A stretch of 64,000 nt of DNA from the human T2T-CHM13v2.0 reference genome, Homo sapiens: NCBI RefSeq assembly GCF_009914755.1, contig NC_060926.1, one strand, 5' to 3'. Made by a program: the position numbers and the translations under genes. The first letter of the stretch is position 1, and each line of letters begins with the position of its first letter. Positions 54,764-64,000 of this stretch are shown piece after piece. The notes beneath the pieces were generated by a model that was not told the origin of the DNA, did not search any database, and worked only from the letters and a program-made list of their open reading frames with translations.

Positions 54764-55680
54764 CAGGAAGGTTTTTAAGATGATTCCTTCCAGAAAAAGG
54801 TAAATCATCCTTGCCACCACTTCTGACCCTCTTTCCTCTGACCTAGACTATATCGTTAAAAACAGTCCATTTTCTTTCAGAAGAAGCAATACAACTATAA
54901 CCTCTGGGTAGGGGAGAACATATGTATAGAATAGGATAACAATAAAAAGGCAGGCAGTCCTGACCTGGACACAGAAGAGCAGTGAAAAGAGAGATTCTTT
55001 GCAGGGACAGCACCTAAGACCAAGTTAAGAAAGGAGAACGATGACCTACATTCTAGGAAACATTGACACCCGGTTCAGGGTCAACTGTGGGAGTTAGTCA
55101 ACAACACCCCCAAGTCAGGAATCTTGATCTGTGGGCACAGAAGATGCAATTTGAATCGTGTGCTGATTAAAATCAGATCCAAATGCTGATGAGTAAAGGA
55201 AATACAAGGCTATTCGTTTTCACGCATGGTAAAACCAAGGAATTATTTCCACACTGAACATTCTGAATCAGTCATTCTCCATTAGGAAGGAGGACTTCCA
55301 CGTATAAGGTATTGAGCTGAGCATAATATTACATAAGGAGAGAGTAATAAACTAGCATAACCCACTCCACTTTCTCAAAATACAGACATGATCTTATTTC
55401 CTTTATGTGTCCAAGTAATCGCTTAGAACATTATCTTTCCTACTGCGTACTTGCCATGCCCGTCCCTCCTCTAATTATCCTGGAACACAGTCAAAGAGGC
55501 TTCAAGCGTGAGCCCCAACACCCAGTGGGAAAGATACATGGCATCTAGTCATCCATCATCACGCAAGTATGATCACTGTGAGGAGATGCTATCCACTGAC
55601 AGCTCAAATTGAGTGTCCACTGCCACCAGCATGACCCTCTCTCTGGTTCACACTGTCCATGATTAGGCTCCAGAGTTGTT

Positions 55681-56075
55681 ACTCATTCATTCATTCCGCA
55701 TTTACCGAGTGCTGACTGTGTGTCAGGCACTGTTCTTGGTTCTGGGGTTATAGCTGTGAACAAAACAGACAAAAACTCTTGCTTCCCCATTCTAGGGGTT
55801 GAGACAGACAAGGCATGGAAGAAGTCATTAATTTACTTTTAATTGCATCCTAAGTATAAAGGAAGGATAGTAAAGTAGGAAAGGGAGACACGAAGGGCTG
55901 GAGGGGAAGGGCAAGGACATGGAGGAAGGGAGGGAGCTTGTCCTGCAAATACAGCTGAGGGAAGAGCACTGTTGGCGGAGAGAACAGACAGTACAAAGCT
56001 GCTGAGCTGGAGCGAGCCTGGCTGCATCCAAGAAGAGGAGCAGGGCTCATCAGGGAGCCAGGAAGGTCATGGGGA
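55681..56075 (-). mobile_element. L2a 3' end
   Basis: 'cattcattcattc...tgtgtcaggcactgttct...gctgtgaacaaaacagacaaaa'. Confidence 0.85.
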
Positions 56076-56245
56076 TTGTTTTTGTCATTCACACTCACAT
56101 TCAGCTTTGGGCATGGGAGCACTGCCATTGTGACGCAGCAGCAGGGACATGGGGCTGCCAGCTCTGGGCAACGCCCCTTCCCAGGACAAATCCTTAGGTC
56201 TTTATGTCTAATGGGGGCGTCTCTCAGACCCCACTTCCTTGCTAC

Positions 56246-56389
56246 TGTGAACCCCGAAAATCTGAGATAGGTCTCAGTTAATTTTGAAAGTTTATTTTGC
56301 CAAGGTTGAGGACACGTGCCTGTGACACAGCCTCAGGAGGTCCTGACGACATGTGCCCAGCGTGGTCGGAGCACGGTTTGGTTTTATAC
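56246..56389 (-). mobile_element. MER4 LTR 3' fragment (ERV1)
   Basis: 'tgtgaaccccgaaaatctgagataggtctcag...gtttattttgccaaggttgagga...cagcctcaggaggtcctgacgacatgtgccc'. Confidence 0.85.
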
Positions 56390-56705
56390 TCCCAAGAGTG
56401 GAACAGGAGCCACCAAGCTGTTGTTCCCTCATTCGGGCTCAATCCCATGTGACATCTCACTGCACTGTGTGTGATTTCCATGCTTAATGACACACCGAGG
56501 CTAACAGATACAATATACTCTACTCATGGATTTTTGTGAGATAATTAGGACCTGGTCCTCAACCAAGATGTGATTCCATTGCGTTGATCACAGACCTAAT
56601 GGCTACCAACATTTTGTTCTCCTGAGTGAGGCTGAAGTAGAGAGGATGGGGTTCGGGAGTTGGGGGAAGAGTCTTGGACTAGATACCTCAAATGCTAGGA
56701 GAACC

Positions 56706-58412
56706 TGTGTGCATATGCACGTGTGCATGTGTGTTGTGTGCTGCGTGTGTGGCATGTGTGTGGTGTGTGTATGTTATGTGTGGTATGTGTAGTCTGTGTG
56801 TTGTGTGTCTGGCATGTGTGTAATGTGTAAGGTATGTGTGATGTGTGTGTGATGTGTGTGTCATACATTTGGCATGTGTGTAAGGTATGGGTGGTGTGTG
56901 TGATGTGTGTGTAATATGTATGTGGCTTGCGTGTAAGGTATGGGTGGTGTGTGTGATGTGTGTGTAATATATATGTGGCATGTGTGTAAGGTATGTGTGG
57001 GGTGTGTGTAACACATATGTGGCATGTAAGGTATGTGTGTCTCGTGTGTGATGTGTGTGATATGTGTGTATGAGGTATGTGTGGTGTGTGTGATGTGTGT
57101 GAGGTATGTGTGGTGTGTGTGATGTGTGTGATACGTGTGTGGCATGTGTGTAAGGTATGGGTGGTGTGTGATGTGTGCATAATACGTATGTGGCATGTGT
57201 GTAAGGTATGGGTGGTGTGTGTGATGTGTGTGTAATATGTATGTGGTATGTGTGGTGTGTGTGATGTGTGTGGCATGTGTGTAAGGTATGTGTGGTGTGT
57301 GTGATGTGTGTGATACGTGTGTGGCATCTGTGTAAGGTGTGTGTGGTGTGTGTGATGTGTGTGGCATGTGTGTAAGGTATGTCTTGTGTGTGATGTGTGT
57401 GTAATACGTGTGTATAAGGTATGTGTGGTGTGTGGTGTGTGTGATGTGTGTGATATATGTGTGTAAGATGTGTGGTGTGTGTGATGTGTGATACATGTGT
57501 GTAAGGTATGTGTGGTGTGTGTGGTGTGATGTGTGTGATGTGTGTGATGCATGTGTGGCATGTGTGTAAGGTATGTCTTGTGTGTGATGTGTGTGTAATA
57601 CGTGTGTGTAAGGTATGTGTGGTGTGTGTGATGTGTGTGATACATGTGTGTAAGGTATGTGTGGTGTGTGTGGTGTGTGTGATGTAATACATATGTGGCA
57701 TGTGTGTAAGGTATGGGTGGTGTGTGTGATGTGTGTGTAATATGTATGTGGTATGTGTGTAAGGTATGTGGTGTGTGACATATGTGTGATACGTGTGTGG
57801 CATCTGTGTAAGGTATGTGTGGTGTGTGGTGTGTGTATGTGTGTGGCATGTGTGTAAGGTATGTGTGTCTTGTGTGTGATGTGTGTGTAATACGTGTGTG
57901 TAAGGTGTGTGTGATGTGTGTGATACATGTGTGTAAGGTGTGTATGGTGTGTGATGTATGTGTGATATGTGTGTGGCATGTGTGTAAGGTATGTGTGTCA
58001 TGTGTGATGTGTGTGAGATACGTGTGTGTAAGGTATGTGTGGTGTGTGTGTGATGTGTGTGTAAGGTAAGTGTGGTGTGTGATGTGTGCATGATACATGT
58101 GTGGCATGTGTGTAAGGTATGTATGGTGTGTAAGATGCATGTGTGATACGTGTGTGGCATGCGTGTAAGGTATGTGTGTCATGTGTGATGTGTGTGAGAT
58201 ACGTGTGTGTGAGGTATGTGTGGTGTGTGATGTGTGTGTAAGGTAAGTGTGGTGTGTGTGATGTGTGCATGATACATGTGTGGCATGTGTGTAAGGTATG
58301 TATGGTGTGTAAGATGCATGTGTGATACGTGTGTGGCATGTGTGTAAGGTATGTGTGTCGTGTGTGATGTGTATGTGATACGTGTGTGTAAGGTATGTAT
58401 GGTGTGTGTGTG
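56706..58412 (+). repeat. About 1.7 kb TG-rich compound tandem repeat (VNTR-like; about 45-60 bp modules built on GGCATGTGTGTAAGGTATG / GATGTGTGT / GATACGTG)
   Basis: Read directly. Produces the His/Thr-rich minus-strand ORFs. Confidence 0.97.
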
Positions 58413-59759
58413 TTTGGAAGAGGAGTAAAGAAGAGTGCAATGTGGCACTTGGGGAAAGGACAGAGATGCTGCAGGGAGATATTTGCTGATATTTTTGCTT
58501 TGAGGGCTGCAGTGTAACCCTCTCCTATCTTCTACTTTCAAGAAAATAAAGTTTTCAGAGAGGCTTCACGGTTGACCAAGGGTCTGTGTGAGCTGGAAGT
58601 GCAGCCTGGGGCTGTGCCATGGCAGAGTGACACCGGAGGAGCAGGGGAGGTTTGAACATAAGGGTTTTACAGCACCAAGAAACCTTAGCTCCATTATCTT
58701 ACACTTGGAGGTCTCTCACGGATAAATCAGCTGCTTTTCAAAATAGAAGAGACTTATGAAAATGTATCACTTGGCAGACATAGAAAGCAGCTGCTTATCA
58801 TCATTAATTTTCAATAAATATGTATTAAGCAACAGGATATAGATCACTCTGTGAGGTTCAGGACCTTGGGAAAATACAGTATCCTAGAGACAGCATTAAC
58901 ACAAGGCACGACTCAAGGCCGCTCCTGTCATCTACACCCCTCCCGCTCTGCACGGCTGACTCAGAGCCTCCTGGCCTGCGGAGGAGCAAGAGGCACTGCA
59001 CAGGCCACAGCGGGTTGTGATCCAGGAGAGGCCATTGGTTGGGGCGGGGGGATGTTAATTCCTCTGAGGTTGTGGGCAGGGGAGATTTTCTTGGAGGACA
59101 TTCATTTCCCAGTGGGGAGGGAAGATTGAGACTATAATGTCTCTAGGGAAATTTAATAATTAAGGAAGGTCCACATGATGGAACTGTGGGCCATTTTCTA
59201 TTTCAGGCCTTATGGTTATTTTGCCTTTACCATAGGGCGGTGCTTATCACCAGCAAGACTGACCAACAAACCAGCTGTGGAGGGAAATTGAGAGTGGGCT
59301 CCCTGCTGAAGACAGTAGACATGGCCATCAATTAATGTCCTGTTTTCTCCCGTGCAGAGCCTCTCAGGGCCAAAGCTGGATTGTACCGGGCTGGGAAAAC
59401 AAAAAATAAATACATGGGGAGAGAATGTTGAGGGGTGACTTGCTAACCAGTCAGTTGAATTCCAGGCACAGATTGAGTTGCTTCTGGAGTGGGCAGGGTC
59501 ACTGTGAACGCCTACGTGAGCCTCTTCTGCACCACACAGCAGAAACTGTAAGTTGCATGTGACTCCCCTTAGGGTCTGGCATTCACCATTCTCTCTCTCC
59601 ATGCAAGCACACACACATGTGCGGTTATAACTTTGCCTCTTCTACCATGTGGGCGGTAGAAAATGCTGAGATCCCATGATTTAGATGAGGGCTTAGAGAA
59701 AGATATGAAAAACACAGACCAAATTTTCTGACTATAAAGCAATAAAATCAATGTCGTAA

Positions 59760-60383
59760 TGTAAGTAGAAAAAGAAAGAAAGCCCTGTTACATGGAAAAA
59801 AAAATAAAATTATCCTAAACAACTGTTGCTAAAAGTAAAAAAATAAAATAAATTAAGCATTAAACTCAAGATTTAGCAAAATGATAATTAAATTACCACC
59901 CCAAAGCTGATTAAATTAGTAATGGCAAAAAGACATGATGAATAACATGAAAAAGAAAATAATTTCTTAAATGAGATATAAAACACGAACCATTAGGGAA
60001 AAACATGAAAAATTAGACTTCGTGAAAATGCAAAACATTGTATAACAATAGTACATATGCTATTGGTACAACATTGTACCAAAACGAAGAGAAAAGGCAA
60101 GTTACAGATTGGAAAAAGGTATTTGTAGTGTAAACAACTGACAAAAGATTGATATGCAAAAATGTATAAAAATTCTTACAAATCAACCAGAAAAAGTTAA
60201 GCAATCCAAAATGACCTCAGGAGGTGAGTAGGTGATTCATGAGAAAAGAAAATTTGGATTAACTTCCTACTAATTGAGGAAATGCTAATGACATCAATAA
60301 GACACAATTGCACCCCATCAGATGGCTAAAACTAATAGTCCTGAACAAGGTTTTGTGATGTGTGTGGGAGTAGAACTTAGGCA
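59760..60383 (+). mobile_element. Old L1M (L1ME-like) ORF2 3' fragments, continuing at about 61735-61880
   Basis: 'aaaggcaagttacagattggaaaaaggtatttg...ttcttacaaatcaac...caccccatcagatggctaaaa', and 'ggcaattctacttctgg' after the Tigger. Confidence 0.65.
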
Positions 60384-61733
60384 CAGTCTTGCACCAAATG
60401 ACACAATTTTGCTCAACAACAGGCCACATATACAATGGCGGTCTTATAGGATTATAATGGAGCTCAAAAATCCTACAGCCTAGTATTTACTATACTACAT
60501 GTTTTATTGTTGTTTTAGAGTGTTCTTTTTCTACTTATAAAAAAAAGTTACTGTAAAACAGCCTCAACGGGCCCTTCAGGAGGTATCCAGAAGAAGGCAT
60601 TGTCATCATAGGAGGTGACAGCTCCATGTGTGTTATTGCCCTGAAGACCTTCCAATGGAACAAGAGGTGGAGGTGGAAGACAGTGATATGGATGACCCTG
60701 ACCCTGTGTAAGCCTAGGCTAATATGTGTGTTTTTGGCTTCATTTTTGACAAAAAACAGTTTTAAAAGTAAAAATAAAATAAAAATATTTAAATAGAAAA
60801 AAAGTTATAGAATAGGAGCATAAAGAAAAAATATTTTTACATGGCTATACAATGTGTTTATGTTTTAAACTAGGTGTTATTAGAAAAGAGCCAAAAATCT
60901 TAAAACAAAGTTAAAAAGTTTGTGAATGCCAGGTGTGGTGGCTCACGCATGTAATCCCAGAACTTTGGGAGGCCAAAGTGGTCAGATCACGAGGTCAGGA
61001 GTTCGAGACCAGCCTGGCCAACATGGTAAAACCCCATCTCTACTAAAAATATAAAACTTAGCTGGGTGTGGTGGCAGACGCTTATAATCCCAGCTACTCG
61101 TGAGGCTGAGACAAGAGAATCACTTGAACCTGGGAGACGGATGTTGCAGTGAGCCTAGATTGTCCCACTCTAACCTGGGTAACAGAGCAAGACTCCATCT
61201 CAAAAACAAAAACAAAAACAAAAAACAAAAAAGTTTATGAAGCCAAAAGTTACAGAAAGCTGAGGTTAATTTATTATTGAAGAAAGAAAAAAATTTTAAT
61301 AAACTGAGTGTAGCCTAAGGATACAGTGCCTATAAAGTCTACCGTAGTGTAGATACAGTTGTGTCCTAGGACTCACTGACTCACCCAGAGCAACCTCCAG
61401 TCCTACAAGCTCCATTCATGGTAAGTGCCCTATACAGGTGTACCATTTTTTATCTTTTATACTATATTTTTACTGTACATTTTCTACATTTAGTTATGTT
61501 TAGATACACATATACTCATCATTGTATCACAGTTGCCTGCAGTGTTCAGCATGCTAACATGCCATGCACTTTTGTAGCCTAGGAGCAAGAGGCTATACCA
61601 TAGAGCCGAGGTGTGTAATAGACTGTACCTTCTAGGTTTGTGTAAGTACACTCTATAATGTTCACACAATGACAAAATCGCCTAACAACACATTTTGCAG
61701 AACATATTCTCATCATTGAGTGAGGCATGACTG
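60384..61733 (+). mobile_element. Tigger3b-like DNA transposon, interrupted by an Alu
   Basis: Terminal inverted repeats 'cagtcttgc...' / '...gcatgactg' followed by TA. Internal 'ccttcaggaggtatccagaagaaggcattg'. Confidence 0.9.
60927..61227 (+). mobile_element. AluS (Sg-like)
   Basis: 'gatcacgaggtcaggagttcgagaccagcctggcc'. TSD aaaaagtttgtgaa (60913-60926) / aaaaagtttatgaa (61228-61241). Confidence 0.95.
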
Positions 61734-61889
61734 TATATTGTTGGCTGAAGTGTAGATTGATAAAACCTTTTCGTGTGCGATTTGGCAAAGCAGGTCAGCG
61801 TTGAAGATGGGCAGACCTTATGACTTGGCAATTCTACTTCTGGTCCATCTGGGACACTATACTTAGGAAATCTTGAAAGTATTGAAAGA

Positions 61890-62790
61890 AAGAAATAGCC
61901 CAACCTAGAACTTTATGCCCAGCAAAATTATCCTTCAAAAATTAAGGAGAAATAAAGACTTTCTCAGACAAACAAAAACTGAGAAAATTAATGGCCTGCA
62001 GACCTGCCCTGCAGGAAATATTAAACCTTGATCAGAAAGTTGGAACTATATAAGGAAGGGAAGAGTGCTGGAGAAAAAAATAAATGAATCTAAAATAAAA
62101 TCTTGAGCTTTCCTATTCTTATTCTTAATTGATTAAAAAGATAATTATTTGTTTAAAGTTATAATTATAGCAATGTATCTGGTTTTTATAATGTGGGGGT
62201 ATTAGTCTGTTCTCATGCTGCTAATAAACACATACCCGAGACTGGGTAATTTATAAAGGAAAGACGTTTAATTGACTCACAGTTCCACATGGCTGGGAAG
62301 GCCTTGCAATCATGGCAGAAGGTGAAGGAGGAACAAAGTCATGTTTTACATGGTGGCAGGCAAGAGAGCTTGCACAGGGGAACTTCCCTTTATAAAACCA
62401 TCAGATCTCGTGAGACTTATTCACTATCATGAGAACAGCACAGGAAAGACCCACCCCCATTATTCAATTACCTCCCACCAGGTCCCTCCCACGACATGTG
62501 GGGATTATTACAATTCAAGGTGAGATTTGGGTCGGGGCACAGCCAAACCATGTCAGTGGGTAAGAGAAAGGAATGACAACAATAGTCAAAATTGGGGATG
62601 CTTGGCTACAAGTTACCTGCATTCACATGAAGTGGTACGGTGTTACTTAAAGGTGGCCGTGGATTATTTAAATATACATATATAGTAAACCCAAGAGTAA
62701 CTACTAAAAAGTTGTAAAAAGAAGTATAAATGATAAATCACAAGAGGAGATAAAATGCAATCATATGAAATGCTCAATTAAAACCTGAGA
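61890..62790 (+). mobile_element. L1M (MC/MD-type) ORF1 3' end and inter-ORF region
   Basis: 'cccagcaaaattatccttcaaaaattaaggagaaataaagactttctcagacaaacaaaaactgaga' matches the ORF1 motif PAKLSF..GEIKTFSDKQKLR. Confidence 0.8.
62198..62555 (-). mobile_element. THE1 (THE1C-like) solo LTR
   Basis: 'gtattagtctgttctcatgctgctaataaa...cagccaaaccatgtca'. Perfect 5-bp TSD gtggg (62193-62197 / 62556-62560). Confidence 0.93.
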
Positions 62791-63935
62791 GTGGAAGACT
62801 TTTCTCCCTTCATGCTTCTCTCTGTTCCTCTAAGTCCAACTAAATCCCTGGGTGTTGGATGTAAACTGAATATAAGAAGACTTCAAACAGTGGAGAGAAG
62901 ACTGCAGATTGGCCGGGGACTTTAGAGCTGTATGGCACTGAGTTCCCTGGGTTTTCTTTTTGCTTCACATATCCAACTTGGTGCCGGAGAAGCTGCAAGC
63001 TAAAAACTCTAATGGGCACAGGCAGAAAGAGCCTTCCAAACAGCCTGCTTTCTCTAGCCCAAGGAAAGGGGGAAAAACTGAAAGCTTGTAGTAAATAGCT
63101 GCTCTTCAGCAGCCAAATATCAGGAACAAAGACCTGTGGTCCTTCTCCCAATGGCGCCAGCAAAATCTGAGTCAGGAACCTAGGCTTCTACCCTGGCTTG
63201 CCAGGCTGTAAGGAGGCACCTTGGTCTCCCATGCAGTGGTGGCAGAGAAGGCCCAATGGGGAACTGGGTTTCCTGCCACCACCAGCAATAACGCAGTGCC
63301 CATTCCCTCCCCTGCTGGAGTGGTGTCCAGGGAGGCCTGGTGGATAGGCAGAGCTTTCAACCCCACCCAGAAGTAATGGGGCCACCCCTCACGTCCCTTT
63401 GTCAGTGGAGGCCACACGCACTCAAGCAGTAACCAGCAGAAGTCAGCATTCTGACTTCTCCCAGTCAGGGAGGTTTTAGTGGAGATACAACAGGAAGCTA
63501 GAACTCCCACCTCCGCCTATCAGAAAAGACAACCCCCACCCTCAGGAATGAAAGGAGGCTCAGTGGGGAACCTGTCCTTCTACCCCCCACCTGGCAGGAA
63601 TGAGGCGCCCCCACCCACTGCCTCTGCCAGAGCAGTGTCAGAGGAACTTGCTCAAACAGAAAATTTAAATAAGATTCACCGTCTCAAAGAAAATGCCCAA
63701 AATGTTTAGGTTTCAATCAAAAATTTCTCAGAGAACCGGGAAGATCTTAAACCGATTAAAAAACAACAATAGGTTCCAACACCAAAATAGCAGAGACTAG
63801 AATTATCTGACAAAGATTTTAAAGCAGCCATCAGTAAAATGTCTCAAAGAGAGATTACAAACATATGTGAAACAAATGTGAAACTCCAAGGTCTCACCAA
63901 AGAAACTCAAAGTCTCAGCAAAGAAATAGAGATGT
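62791..63935 (+). mobile_element. Old L1M (MC/MD-type) 5' UTR and ORF1 start
   Basis: 'gagttccctgggttttctttttgc' and 'tagaattatctgacaaagattttaaagcagcca' (LELSDKDFKAA, ORF1 N-terminus). Confidence 0.7.
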
Positions 63936-64000
63936 AAAACTGGTCCACGTGGACATGCTACATGTTAAGCCAGCATTCTATTTCTGGAATAAATCCCACT

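Noticed and set aside
56706-58412. CRISPR-like repeat-spacer reading of the recurring GGCATGTGTGTAAGGTATG motif
   Set aside because: The 'spacers' are themselves TG repeats, there are no cas genes, and the DNA is primate.
56688-58541. ORFs of 490, 581, 372, 113 and 120 aa, rich in His/Thr
   Set aside because: Overlapping frames all give the same low-complexity peptides. This follows from CA-rich repeat DNA lacking stop codons and is not evidence of a histidine-rich protein.

Overview
This is primate genomic DNA, most likely human or great ape (inferred from AluJ/S/Y and an L1PA2-type insertion). It is intergenic or intronic. I found no recognisable cellular protein-coding gene, RNA gene, CRISPR array or prokaryotic feature. 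The only long real ORF (32753-34321) is the C-terminal 522 codons of LINE-1 ORF2p in a young, 5'-truncated L1. The His/Thr-rich ORFs at 56.7-58.4 kb are read-throughs of a 1.7 kb TG-rich tandem repeat. Much of the window is layered transposon debris: Alu, L1PA/MA/MB/ME, L2, MIR, Tigger3, MER1B, MER5A, MER63, MLT1, THE1, MER52, MER4, LTR33 and LTR47. Family names are from recalled consensus sequences and were not checked with RepeatMasker. The most distinctive unexplained structure is three separate short insertions copied from nearby DNA (2814, 20255, 32152). One is a composite of an inverted and a direct copy, and there is also a micro direct-inverted-direct triplication; together these look like fossil template-switch repair scars. 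Other candidates are a TG-rich array with about 30 5' splice-site-like motifs, a borderline CpG island, an AP-1/RUNX cluster, a consensus ARE, and possible minus-strand lncRNA exon signals. I do not see convincing evidence of a novel gene system.
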